From Sphingomonadaceae bacterium (GTDB lineage Bacteria > Chloroflexota > UBA6077): a stretch of 64,000 nucleotides of DNA. Below the pieces are notes generated by a model. It did not search any database. It was not told where the DNA came from and saw nothing but the letters and a program-made list of their open reading frames with translations. This document shows positions 49,460-58,829 of the stretch, one piece after another. Location: NCBI GenBank assembly GCA_050261575.1, contig JBLNDL010000050.1, positions 1-64,000 on the forward strand, read 5' to 3'. Position numbers and translations under genes: made by a program. The first letter of the stretch is position 1. Every line of letters begins with the position of its first letter.

Positions 49460-49533
49460 CCAAACAGGTATCTTCGGATAGAGTGCACGTTTCCCGCCAG
49501 AGGGGTTGACGTGAACTAGGGATACCTGCCTAG
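49460..49533. repeat. 74-bp dispersed hairpin element, copy 2
   Basis: caggtatc...gatacctg termini; homologous to 8081-8154. Confidence 0.75.
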
Positions 49534-49575
49534 TACCTTCATCCTATTGCTCCACCTTCGTGGAAGATGCACCAT
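49533..49575 (+). promoter_or_regulatory. GTAC-N5-TCCTATTG box 1 with candidate promoter
   Basis: gtaccttcatcctattg; TTGCTC-17-CACCAT. Confidence 0.6.
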
Positions 49576-49638
49576 GCCGCCCGAAACCCGTGCGACGACA
49601 CCGGTAGTCGCCCTGCGAGCCAGCGAATCCATCAACTG

Positions 49639-49681
49639 GTACTATATTCCTATTGTTGTACGTCCGGCGTAGTCGGAGCAT
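49639..49681 (+). promoter_or_regulatory. GTAC-N5-TCCTATTG box 2 with candidate promoter
   Basis: gtactatattcctattg; TTGTTG-17-GAGCAT. Confidence 0.6.
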
Positions 49682-49793
49682 TCAGGTAAGTAGTTGCACG
49701 GGGCGACCGGTCGCCTGTCAACGTGGACCATAAGCCGCCAGAATGCCAACACACGAACGGCCTAATAGTGGGTAGAAGAAAGGAGACTGAACC

Positions 49794-49976
49794 ATGAGTG
49801 ACCTCATCACGAGGGCTTACCTTCGCTTGGCGCTGCGGGACGAGGAAGGACAGGGCATGGTGGAATACGGCTTGATCATCGCCCTGGTTGCCGTCGCGGT
49901 CATCGGTGCGCTGATGGTCCTCGGACCGAAGATCTCGAACATGTTCAACTACGCCGGCAACCAACTCAACAAGTAG
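49794..49976 (+). CDS. flp: Flp family type IVc pilin
   Basis: RDEEG/QGMVEYGLIIALVAV prepilin motif; AAGGAG RBS. Confidence 0.95.
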   Translation: MSDLITRAYLRLALRDEEGQGMVEYGLIIALVAVAVIGALMVLGPKISNMFNYAGNQLNK

Positions 49977-50010
49977 CCCTTCTGGCGCGATGCACGTAGC
50001 TGAGCGAACC

Positions 50011-50044
50011 GGGGCCCGCCGAGTCGGCGGGTCCCGCCCTTCTC
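50011..50044 (+). terminator. Hairpin after flp
   Basis: ggggcccgccga-g-tcggcgggtccc followed by a pyrimidine run. Confidence 0.5.
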
Positions 50045-50051
50045 ACCGACG

Positions 50052-50095
50052 GTACCAAAGTCCTATTGCGGCCATCTCTCCAGCGTACCTAGAAT
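50052..50095 (+). promoter_or_regulatory. GTAC-N5-TCCTATTG box 3 with promoter of the tad operon
   Basis: gtaccaaagtcctattg; TTGCGG-18-TAGAAT. Confidence 0.65.
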
Positions 50096-50157
50096 CCGGC
50101 AACAAGGTTGAAGCTGATCCCTTTGAGAGAGCAGGAGTCCAATCGGGGTGCATCGGC

Positions 50158-50559
50158 ATGAGCGGCCACGGGCGGGTCAGTCGCGGACAGAGCACGGTGG
50201 AGCTGGCTCTCCTTCTCCCCTTCCTGCTCTGGATTTCGGTGGGTGTCGTCGATTTCGGGCGGGTGTACTACTACGACGTGGTAGCCATCAACGCCGCACG
50301 GACTGGGGCTCGAGTCGCCGCGGACCTCCGCAAGTCGGACGACGCAGTGAGACAGGCCGTGAAGCAGGACGCGCCTTCCCTCGCTCTGTCCGACGCCGAC
50401 ATCGCCATTGAGGTGTCTCCTCCCGGCCCACGATCGTCGGGAGACACGGTGACTGTCAGGGTCGCTTACAGCTTCGAGCCGCTCACCCCCCTGGTTGCAG
50501 CCCTCTTCCCAGGCGGGAGAGTGCCGATATCCAGAAGTGCATCGATGGTTGTCTTCTAG
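50158..50559 (+). CDS. tadE: TadE-family pseudopilin
   Basis: RGQSTVELALLLP...DFGR...AARTGAR. Confidence 0.9.
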   Translation: MSGHGRVSRGQSTVELALLLPFLLWISVGVVDFGRVYYYDVVAINAARTGARVAADLRKSDDAVRQAVKQDAPSLALSDADIAIEVSPPGPRSSGDTVTVRVAYSFEPLTPLVAALFPGGRVPISRSASMVVF

Positions 50560-50581
50560 GGCTTGGAGGGGGTCGACGTCG

Positions 50582-50974
50582 ATGACGAGTGAAAGGAGTG
50601 GAGGGCAGAGCCTGCTGGAGTTCGCGCTGACCCTGCCGGTCTTCCTGTGGCTCCTGGTGGGTCTCTTGGACCTTGGCAGAGGGGTGGCATCCTACACGGT
50701 ACTCGCCAACAGCGCCAGGGAGGGCGCCAGGGCGGCCATTATCCCGTTCACCAGCGATGCCACAATAGAGGTTGCCGTCAACTCGCAGGGCGCTCTCCTG
50801 GGCACGATCCCGGCCGGAGACATCTCCGTCTCACCGCCAGTGGGATCCAGAAGCCCCGGCACACAGATCACTGTGGAGGTACGGTGGACATTCCGTCCGT
50901 TCACGCCTTTCGTAAGCAACGCGGTCGGTTCGGCCATCCAGATGAGCGCGACCTCCGTGGCGACGATCGAATAG
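50582..50974 (+). CDS. TadE/TadF-family pseudopilin
   Basis: GQSLLEFALTLP...DLGR...SAREGAR. Confidence 0.9.
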   Translation: MTSERSGGQSLLEFALTLPVFLWLLVGLLDLGRGVASYTVLANSAREGARAAIIPFTSDATIEVAVNSQGALLGTIPAGDISVSPPVGSRSPGTQITVEVRWTFRPFTPFVSNAVGSAIQMSATSVATIE

Positions 50975-52002
50975 AAGGGGGCCAGACCGGCCAACTCCTG
51001 ATCATCGCTGCCCTCGCGATGGTGGCGTTCTTCGGGTTCGCGGCGCTGGCGATCGATCTCGGGCAGGCATACTCCCAGAGGCGGCTGGCCCAGAACGCCG
51101 CCGACGCCGCCGCCATGGCTGGGATGAGAATGGTTAGGACGCGATCCCAGGCCACCATGCCGGTGGACATCCACAACGAGATCGCGCGGGTGGCCGCCCT
51201 CAACGGCGCCGCCCAGCTTGCCACCGACGAGTTCCTGGACGTGAACCGGAACAGTCTGGGGCCGGTGGTCGGGTACAGTGGGAGCCTCAGCGACGTGGCC
51301 GGCGTCCGGGTGACGACGCGCCTGCAGCTCGACACCAGCTTCGCCAGGGTTCTGGGAGTCGACTCCCTCACCGCCGGGGGGAAAGCGACGGCAATGTCGC
51401 TGGCGATCAGCGGGATCACGGGGACGTCGCTGCTGCCCATAGCGGTGCCCTCCCACCCAGGCGGCGACGCCTCGCAGAGCTACGATCCGGATGCCACGAC
51501 GCCCTACACCATCTGGAGCAGCGATAACCACTACGCGCCCGGCAACGTGGGCTGGCTCGATTTCGACGGGGGCGACAGCGCCGCCGGGCAGCTAGCCGAT
51601 TGGCTCGACAACGGCTTCGAGTCCTCCGCGGACAATCCGTTCACCTATTTCGAGGATGGCAGCAGTCCGGGCGCCGAGCGCCAGTCGGCCACGCTGCCGG
51701 TCCCATCCTGGCTGCAGGGTAACACCGGCCTCTCCAACAGCCAGAACGTGAGGTCCGCGGTCCACAGGCTGGACGACGGCGTCGGCCAGAGCATCACCGT
51801 GCTCCTCTTCGACAGGACGGAGGGCACTGGGTCTGGCGCCAGATATCGGATAGTGGGATTGGCCCAGTTCAGAATCGTGTCGGTGGACCTCCACGGGAAC
51901 CCCGAAACCATCGCGGCGAGGTTCGAGCGGATGGTCTACCCTGGAGAGCCTTCGGCGACGCCTACCACCAGCGACTCGTCCACGATACGGCTCACAGATT
52001 GA
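50971..52002 (+). CDS. tadG: TadG-like pseudopilin/adhesin; start uncertain (GTG 50884 or ATA 50971)
   Basis: GQLLII...LAIDLG...AQNAADAAAMAG; GNVGWLDF. Confidence 0.8.
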   Translation: MEGGQTGQLLIIAALAMVAFFGFAALAIDLGQAYSQRRLAQNAADAAAMAGMRMVRTRSQATMPVDIHNEIARVAALNGAAQLATDEFLDVNRNSLGPVVGYSGSLSDVAGVRVTTRLQLDTSFARVLGVDSLTAGGKATAMSLAISGITGTSLLPIAVPSHPGGDASQSYDPDATTPYTIWSSDNHYAPGNVGWLDFDGGDSAAGQLADWLDNGFESSADNPFTYFEDGSSPGAERQSATLPVPSWLQGNTGLSNSQNVRSAVHRLDDGVGQSITVLLFDRTEGTGSGARYRIVGLAQFRIVSVDLHGNPETIAARFERMVYPGEPSATPTTSDSSTIRLTD

Positions 52003-52102
52003 GGACCCAGGACTGAGGAAGTCTTACTGAGTCCTGGCTCCTCAGCCCTGGATCGCACAGCTTCTACGGGAGTGGCTACTAACACGATCGGGAGATCGGC
52101 CT

Positions 52103-52909
52103 GTGAACAGGAAGCGGATCGGCATCATCTTGATGGTTTTCGGGATAGTGTTGTCCCTCGCGGTGGGCGTCGTGGTCTACATGCAGGCGGAGCAGGCCGC
52201 GGAGATCGCCCGACGGACCCCGACGGTGGAGGTTGTGATCGCCACGGCGGACCTGCCGGAGCGCGTGGCCGTCCCCGCGTCGTCGGTGGCCGTGACCAGG
52301 ATTCCGGCCGAGGCGGTGCCGGTCGATGCCGCCACCACGGTGGAATCGGTGGTGGGCAAGTTCCCCCTGACCCGCATCTACAGGGGCGAGGTGCTGATAC
52401 AGCCGAGGCTGGCCGACAGCAGCGGCAAGACCGGACCGGCCTTCACCCTGAAAGATGGCTTCGTCGCCGTCACCTACCCCGGCAACGATCTGCTGACTAC
52501 CACTGGAGCCATCCGGCCGGGCGACCGGGTGGATATCCTGCTCACCCTGCCACTACTCCGGCCCGGCTCGCCATCGGGTTCCGCCCAATCGGGCGGGACA
52601 CAGTCCGGACAGGCGGGGACCAGCTATCCGCAGGTGACCCAGACCCTGCTGCAGAACGTCGAGGTGCTGCGAGTCGGGAGCTTCCCCGTCGTGGGGCAGC
52701 AGGAGGGGACCGCCGCGGCAGGGAAGGGCATCACGTTCCAGGTGAGCCATCAGGACGCGCTGACCCTCAAGTGGGCAAAGGACTCGGGAGGCACCATCGA
52801 CCTGGTGCTTCGCCACCCGTCGGATACCGAGCCCGTCTCCACCGAAGCCATCACGGCCAACTACGTCCTGCGCAGGTTCGATTTCACCTTTGCGGAGCCA
52901 CTGCAGTAA
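52103..52909 (+). CDS. cpaB: Flp pilus assembly protein CpaB/RcpC
   Basis: N-terminal TM, SAF domain, IRPGDRVDIL, LLQNVEVL, LVLR. Confidence 0.9.
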   Translation: MNRKRIGIILMVFGIVLSLAVGVVVYMQAEQAAEIARRTPTVEVVIATADLPERVAVPASSVAVTRIPAEAVPVDAATTVESVVGKFPLTRIYRGEVLIQPRLADSSGKTGPAFTLKDGFVAVTYPGNDLLTTTGAIRPGDRVDILLTLPLLRPGSPSGSAQSGGTQSGQAGTSYPQVTQTLLQNVEVLRVGSFPVVGQQEGTAAAGKGITFQVSHQDALTLKWAKDSGGTIDLVLRHPSDTEPVSTEAITANYVLRRFDFTFAEPLQ

Positions 52910-52947
52910 GCCGAGCATCACCCACGCCGGCACGACGGAGGTAACCC

Positions 52948-54264
52948 TTGACCCAGAAGATACGGGTCCTGATCGTCGACGACTTCGCGGACACGCGGGA
53001 GAGCATCTCCAAGCTGCTCTACTTCGAGAAGGACATCGAGGTAGTTGGCTCGGCGGCTGACGGCCAGCAGGCCATTCAGATGGCCGGGGATCTGCGTCCC
53101 GACGTCATTCTGATGGACATCAACATGCCTGGAATGGATGGGATCGCCGCCACCGAGGCGATCTGCGCCTCGGTGCCCGAGTGCGAAGTGATCATGATGT
53201 CGGTCCAGGGTGAGGCCGATTACCTCCGTCGCGCGATGCTGGCAGGGGCTCGGGAGTACCTGGTGAAGCCTTTCACCGGAGACGAGCTGGCTACCAGCAT
53301 CCGCCACGTCTACGAGCTGGCCGCGGACAAGCGCGCACGGCTGGCAGCGGCAATGAAGCCCGCCGCCGCCCCGGAGCCCATCCCTCAGCCCGAGCCCACC
53401 TCGCCGGGCAAGGTAGTCTCCATCTTCAGTCCGAAGGGCGGAGTCGGGCGAACCACCATCTCCTGCAACGTCGCTATCGCCCTCCGGACACTGACCGGCA
53501 AGAAGGTCGCGCTGGTGGACTGCAACCTCACCTTCGGTGACGTGGCCATCACCCTGAACCTGCCGGCCAACACCACGATCTCGGACATCATCCCCAACAT
53601 CCGCAACTTGGATAGGGAGACGCTTGAGCGGGTGCTGGCCAGCCACGACTCGGGGGTGAAGGTGTTGGCAGCCCCGCCCCGACCTGAGCTGGCGGAGCTG
53701 ATCACAGCAGACCACCTACGGGCCATCATGGCCTTTCTGCGATCGCACTACGACTACGTGGTGGTGGACACCCCTCCCAGCTTCGAGGACACCATCCTGG
53801 CGGTACTGGACCTATCGGACCAGATCCTGTTGCTGACCACTCTGGAGATGCCGGCGATAAAGAACGTGAAGCTGTTCCTGGAGGTGGCAGAGGCGCTCCA
53901 CTATCCCCAGGACAAGCTGACGCTGGTCGTCAACCGCGCCGATGCCGGCTGCGGCATCCGGGTGGAGGACCTGGAGCAGAACATCCACTTCAAGGTCTCC
54001 GCCAGCATCGTGAGCGCCGAGCGGTTGATGACCACCTCGGTGAACCAGGGGATTCCTGTGGTCATCTCCCACCGAGACAGCCCTGCGGCGAAGAGTCTCT
54101 TGGATCTCGCCCGCAAGGTCTTGACCGAGTCCGATGTCGCGCAACTCCAACGGGAGGACGCCGAGCCGACGAAGGTGAGCCGCGAGGCGGGGTCCGTCCT
54201 CGGCCTGGGCAGACTGAAGCTTCCTCCTCTTACCTCCTTTGCGACCAGGAAAGGGGCCAACTGA
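52948..54264 (+). CDS. cpaE: CpaE/TadZ: receiver domain + MinD/ParA-type ATPase
   Basis: LIVDD, LMDINMPGMDG; SPKGGVGRTT, VVVDTP. Confidence 0.9.
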   Translation: MTQKIRVLIVDDFADTRESISKLLYFEKDIEVVGSAADGQQAIQMAGDLRPDVILMDINMPGMDGIAATEAICASVPECEVIMMSVQGEADYLRRAMLAGAREYLVKPFTGDELATSIRHVYELAADKRARLAAAMKPAAAPEPIPQPEPTSPGKVVSIFSPKGGVGRTTISCNVAIALRTLTGKKVALVDCNLTFGDVAITLNLPANTTISDIIPNIRNLDRETLERVLASHDSGVKVLAAPPRPELAELITADHLRAIMAFLRSHYDYVVVDTPPSFEDTILAVLDLSDQILLLTTLEMPAIKNVKLFLEVAEALHYPQDKLTLVVNRADAGCGIRVEDLEQNIHFKVSASIVSAERLMTTSVNQGIPVVISHRDSPAAKSLLDLARKVLTESDVAQLQREDAEPTKVSREAGSVLGLGRLKLPPLTSFATRKGAN

Positions 54265-55676
54265 TGGGACTTCTCAAGCGCATCGAATCGGCTCCCATGC
54301 CCGCGCCCCAGACGGTGGCGGCACCCCCGCTTCCGACCCCGCCTCAGACCCCGGCACAGGAAGCGCCGATCCGCCGGCCGCCCGCAGCCACCGCCTCCGA
54401 CGCCAGCCGCAGCACCTCGCGCGACCTCAAGGCTAGAGTGCAGGCGAAGGTGATCGCGGAGTTGGATCCCAGCAGCGACCTGAGCAACGAGAGTCAGGTG
54501 AGGCACTCGATCCAACTGCTGTTCGACCAGGTGATAGAGCAGGAGGGGGTGGTTCTCACCCGAGTCGAGCGCCAGCGGCTGTTCGAGGAGGTGTACGCGG
54601 AGATCCGGGGGATGGGGCCCATCGACCCGTTGCTGCAGGACCCCACCGTCTCGGAGGTGATGGTCAACGGGCCGAAGCAGGTCTACGTGGAGCAGAATGG
54701 CAAGCTGCGGAAGACTGAGATCGAGTTCGACGACGACGACCACGTGATGCGGATCATCGACCGCATCGTGGCGCCCCTGGGCCGCCACATCGACGAGAGT
54801 TCACCGATGGTGGATGCCCGCCTGCCCGACGGCTCCCGGGTCAACGCCATCATCCCTCCCCTATCCCTGGTCGGACCGACCATCACCATCCGGAAGTTCT
54901 CGAAGCGACCTCTGACAATGGACGACCTGATCCGCCACGGCAGCCTCACCCCAGAGTTGGCGGAATTCCTTAAAGCGTGCGTCAAAGCCCGCCTGAACAT
55001 CGTGGTGTCGGGAGGCACGGGCTCAGGCAAGACCACCCTGCTGAACGTCCTCTCCGGGTTCATCCCCGACGACGAGCGGATAGTGACCATCGAGGACGCG
55101 GCAGAGCTGCAACTGCGGCAGGAGCACGTGGTGCGGCTGGAGTCCCGACCTCCGAACATCGAGGGCAAAGGCGCCGTGCGCATTCGCGACCTGGTGATCA
55201 ACGCCCTGCGCATGAGGCCCGACCGGATAGTGGTCGGAGAGTGCCGAGGTCCCGAGGCCCTGGATATGCTGCAGGCGATGAACACCGGCCACGATGGCTC
55301 CCTCACCACCGGCCACGCCAACTCGCCGCGAGACATCCTCTCCCGCCTCGAGACCATGGTGCTGATGGCTGGCATGGACCTGCCACTGCGGGCGATCAGG
55401 GAGCAGATCGCCTCGGCACTGGACCTGATCATCCAGCAGGCGCGAATGCGGGACGGCTCTCGCCGCATCACCAACGTCACCGAGGTCCAGGGGATGGAGG
55501 GCGACATCATCGTGCTGCAGGACATCTTCGTCTTCGAACAACTGGGGGAGGACGCGGGGAAGATCATCGGCAGGATAAAGCCCACCGGCATTCGTCCGAA
55601 GTTCATGACCAAACTGGAGAATGCGAGCATCCACTTGCCCCCCTCGGTGTTCGGCGTCTCGGACAGGTTCTTCTAG
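54264..55676 (+). CDS. cpaF: Tad assembly ATPase CpaF/TadA
   Basis: DARLPDGSRVN, GGTGSGKTT, TIEDAAEL, RMRPDRIVVGE, MNTGHDGS. Confidence 0.95.
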   Translation: MGLLKRIESAPMPAPQTVAAPPLPTPPQTPAQEAPIRRPPAATASDASRSTSRDLKARVQAKVIAELDPSSDLSNESQVRHSIQLLFDQVIEQEGVVLTRVERQRLFEEVYAEIRGMGPIDPLLQDPTVSEVMVNGPKQVYVEQNGKLRKTEIEFDDDDHVMRIIDRIVAPLGRHIDESSPMVDARLPDGSRVNAIIPPLSLVGPTITIRKFSKRPLTMDDLIRHGSLTPELAEFLKACVKARLNIVVSGGTGSGKTTLLNVLSGFIPDDERIVTIEDAAELQLRQEHVVRLESRPPNIEGKGAVRIRDLVINALRMRPDRIVVGECRGPEALDMLQAMNTGHDGSLTTGHANSPRDILSRLETMVLMAGMDLPLRAIREQIASALDLIIQQARMRDGSRRITNVTEVQGMEGDIIVLQDIFVFEQLGEDAGKIIGRIKPTGIRPKFMTKLENASIHLPPSVFGVSDRFF

Positions 55677-55685
55677 GAGGTCACC

Positions 55686-56660
55686 GTGCCCTTTCTCCTC
55701 AGCTTCGGCGCCTTCTTAGGATTACTGCTGCTTTCGGTGGGGCTGCTGTGGGCTACGCGCCCCGCCCGCAGCCTGATCGACGATCGGCTGTCCCGCTACG
55801 GCAGCCGGCAGCCCTCGTGGAGAGAGCTGGTGGAGGCCGACCAGCATCGCCAGCGCAGCGCCCCCCTCACCGAAGCCGTGACCCGGACGGTGGAGAGGGC
55901 CGTCGCCAACAGGGGCTTCGCTCAGCAGATAGCCCTCGACCTGGCAAGGGCCAACCTGAAGCTCACCGTGTCCGAGTACCTGATCATCACCTGCATGCTT
56001 GCCCTCGTCACCACCACCATCGCGGCGCTCGTGTCCCGCAGCGTGCCGGTGGGCTGCATCTTCGGCCTCGCCTCCCTCTATCTGCCCAGATGGTACGTCC
56101 ACTCTCGCGAAAGAAAGAGGGTCGCCGCGTTCAACGCCCAGCTCGGTGACACCATCGGCATCCTGGCCAACTCCCTGCGCTCCGGGTACAGCCTGCTGCA
56201 GGCGATGGAGCTTGTGGCCAGGGAGACGCCGCCACCTATGGGGGAGGAGTTCGGGAGGGTGGTTCGGGAAGTAGGGCTGGGGCTGACTCCCGAGAGGGCG
56301 CTGGAGAACCTAGTGCGCCGCATCAACAGCGACGACCTGGACCTGATGGTGACCGCGATGAAGGTGCAGCACGAGGTGGGCGGGAACCTCACCAAGGTCC
56401 TCGACTCGATCGGCACCACGATTCGGGAGCGGGTGCGGATCAAAGGGGAGATCAAAGTGCTCACCGCCCAGCAGTCGATGGCGGGCTACATCATCGCGGG
56501 GCTACCCCTGGTGCTCGCCGGAATCCTGCTGCTGCTCAACCCCTCCTACATCCTGCAACTGTTCACCCCGGGCTGGTTCATCTGCATGCCGTTGGGAAGC
56601 GGTCTCGGCATTCTCTTGGGGTTCATCGTCATCCGCAAGATCGTGGCTATCGAGGTGTAG
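55686..56660 (+). CDS. tadB: TadB (T2SS-F family)
   Basis: NSLRSGYSL, EVGGNL, RERVRI. Confidence 0.92.
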   Translation: MPFLLSFGAFLGLLLLSVGLLWATRPARSLIDDRLSRYGSRQPSWRELVEADQHRQRSAPLTEAVTRTVERAVANRGFAQQIALDLARANLKLTVSEYLIITCMLALVTTTIAALVSRSVPVGCIFGLASLYLPRWYVHSRERKRVAAFNAQLGDTIGILANSLRSGYSLLQAMELVARETPPPMGEEFGRVVREVGLGLTPERALENLVRRINSDDLDLMVTAMKVQHEVGGNLTKVLDSIGTTIRERVRIKGEIKVLTAQQSMAGYIIAGLPLVLAGILLLLNPSYILQLFTPGWFICMPLGSGLGILLGFIVIRKIVAIEV

Positions 56661-56664
56661 GGAG

Positions 56665-57603
56665 ATGTCTATCCTCCTCGGCGTTCTGGCAGCGCTCGCG
56701 ATCCTCCTCCTCGTCGTCGGCGCCTGGCTTCCCAAGACCGCGCCAGACCCCATCCAGGCCAGGCTCGCGCAGTTCGCTGAAAGGACGAGGAGCCTGGAGG
56801 AGATCGAGTTGGAGCAGCCGTTCACGGAGAGGGTTCTTCGCCCCCTGATACTCCAGATGGCCAGACTCGTGAGCCGCTTCCTCCCGAGGCGGAAGCTCAG
56901 GGCCAGCAATGACGCAGGGCTGGGCGGCATCCAGCGGCGGCTCGTCCTGGCGGGCAGCCCCAACAACCTCAGCGGAAGCGACTTCCTGGGCATCGTAGCC
57001 GTGAGCGTCCTCTCCATGGCGGCGTTGCTCTTCCTGCTGATGGGGCTGGCAGGGGCGGACCCTGTCACCTCGGCCTTGCTGGGGCTGGTGGGAGGGGGCA
57101 TCGGCTACTACATCCCCACCATCTGGCTGAGCTCGAAGATCGCCGCTCGCCAGAAGGAGATCCAGAGGGCACTGCCGGACGCTCTGGACCTGCTGGTGAT
57201 CAGCGTGGAGGCGGGGCTCGGCTTCGACGGGGCGATCCAGAAACTGACGGAGAAGTCGGACAACGCCCTGTCTCGAGAGTTCCGGCGGGTGCTGGCGGAG
57301 ATCCGGATGGGGCGAACTCGCAGGGAAGCCCTGAAGGATATGGTCACCCGCACCGAGGTGGCCGACCTGAACACCTTCGTGTCGGCCATCATTCAGGCCG
57401 ATCAGTTGGGCGTCAGCGTGTCCAGGGTTCTCTCCGTTCAGGCGGAGCAGATGAGGCTGCTCAGAAGGCAGAGGGCGGAGGAGCTGGCGGCGAAGGCCCC
57501 GCTGAAGATGCTCTTCCCCATGGTCTTCCTGATCTTCCCATCCATGTTCGTGGTGATCATGGGGCCCTCGATCCCCAGCCTTCTCGGCGGAGGGGGCTTC
57601 TAG
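56665..57603 (+). CDS. tadC: TadC (T2SS-F family)
   Basis: LPDALDLL, VEAGLGFD, QADQLG, KMLFP. Confidence 0.92.
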   Translation: MSILLGVLAALAILLLVVGAWLPKTAPDPIQARLAQFAERTRSLEEIELEQPFTERVLRPLILQMARLVSRFLPRRKLRASNDAGLGGIQRRLVLAGSPNNLSGSDFLGIVAVSVLSMAALLFLLMGLAGADPVTSALLGLVGGGIGYYIPTIWLSSKIAARQKEIQRALPDALDLLVISVEAGLGFDGAIQKLTEKSDNALSREFRRVLAEIRMGRTRREALKDMVTRTEVADLNTFVSAIIQADQLGVSVSRVLSVQAEQMRLLRRQRAEELAAKAPLKMLFPMVFLIFPSMFVVIMGPSIPSLLGGGGF

Positions 57604-57948
57604 ATGCGAGCGATCAACGTGAGCCAGGGCGTCACCGTTGCGGAGGAGGTTCGGCATGCGACCACCCTCTGGGAGAGGGCCAGGGGACTCCTCGGGCACA
57701 GTGGGCTTCCCGCCGGCGAGGCACTGCTGCTGGACCCCTGCTCGGGCATCCACACCTTCGGCATGGCCTTCCCCATAGATGCCCTCTTCCTCGACAGGGA
57801 CGGGGTCGTCCTCCACGTCGTGAGGGAGATGGCTCCATGGAGGATGAGCCGCTACCTGTTCAGCGCCCGATCGGTGCTGGAATTGCCGGCCGGCACGTTG
57901 CGGCGGACAGGAACGGAAATCGGAGACAGGGTGGTCTTCGTGGAGTGA
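57604..57948 (+). CDS. DUF192 family protein
   Basis: RARGLLG, IHTFGMAFPID, VLELPAG. Confidence 0.88.
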   Translation: MRAINVSQGVTVAEEVRHATTLWERARGLLGHSGLPAGEALLLDPCSGIHTFGMAFPIDALFLDRDGVVLHVVREMAPWRMSRYLFSARSVLELPAGTLRRTGTEIGDRVVFVE

Positions 57949-58084
57949 CGAAACGGCACCTTCCCGCGGCGCCGGCTTGGGGCCTATCCACGGAGATGTC
58001 TCGGTGCGCCCAGGACGACGGTACCCACACCTTCACTGTGGCGGAGTCCAAGGAGGGGTGCCCGGGAATGGGACCGGAGTCCAG

Positions 58085-58771
58085 ATGAGAATCGATCTCC
58101 GCTGGCTGCTGGGGCTGCTCTTCCCCTCCAGATGCGTGGGATGCGGCCTGCGAGGGGTGGACATCTGCTCTCGATGTCTGTCGGCGATCCGCCCCCTCGA
58201 TCCTGCCTCCTGTCCGCGCTGCGGCACCCCTTCTCGACTCGGGGGGCTCTGTCCCGCCTGTCGAGGCTACGAGGGGCCGCTGGCCGGCATCCGGGCGGCC
58301 TGCGTCTACGACGGCGTCGCCCGGAAGGCTATCCACAGCTTCAAGTACAGGCATCGCCGGATGCTCGCTGGGCCTCTGGCACGACTAGTGGAGGAGGAGT
58401 TGCGGCGGAGACCGCTCCACCTGGACCTGCTGGTTCCCGTCCCCCTCCACCCGAGACGGCTGGCCGAACGGGGCTACAACCAGTCCGCCCTGCTCGCCGC
58501 CCACCTGGGGGAACGTCTCTCCGTGCCAGTGGCGGAGCCCTTGGAGCGCAGTCGGGAGACCACGGCTCAGGCTGGGTTGAAGGCGGCGAGCCGCAGGGCC
58601 AACGTGCGCGGCGCCTTTCGGTGCGCTGCTCCGATCGACCTATCGGGCAGGCGGATCGGGATAGTGGACGACGTCTGCACCACGGGGGCAACCCTGGAGG
58701 AATGCGCGCGAGCCCTGCGCGAGGCGGGCTGCGCCTCCGCCTGGGGTGTCGTGGTAGCCAGGGATCTGTGA
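58085..58771 (+). CDS. comF: ComF/ComFC family protein (double zinc ribbon + PRTase)
   Basis: FPSRCVGC, CPRC, PVPLH, RGYNQS, VDDVCTTGATL. Confidence 0.92.
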   Translation: MRIDLRWLLGLLFPSRCVGCGLRGVDICSRCLSAIRPLDPASCPRCGTPSRLGGLCPACRGYEGPLAGIRAACVYDGVARKAIHSFKYRHRRMLAGPLARLVEEELRRRPLHLDLLVPVPLHPRRLAERGYNQSALLAAHLGERLSVPVAEPLERSRETTAQAGLKAASRRANVRGAFRCAAPIDLSGRRIGIVDDVCTTGATLEECARALREAGCASAWGVVVARDL

Positions 58772-58829
58772 GGAATTCCCAGTGCGTCCCGGAACGCAAC
58801 TCTGGGGACTCATCGAGAGGTCACAGGAT

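Noticed and set aside
49560..49790. c-di-GMP riboswitch upstream of flp
   Set aside because: Hairpins are present, but neither class I (GGCAAA...GACGCAAAG) nor class II consensus matches.
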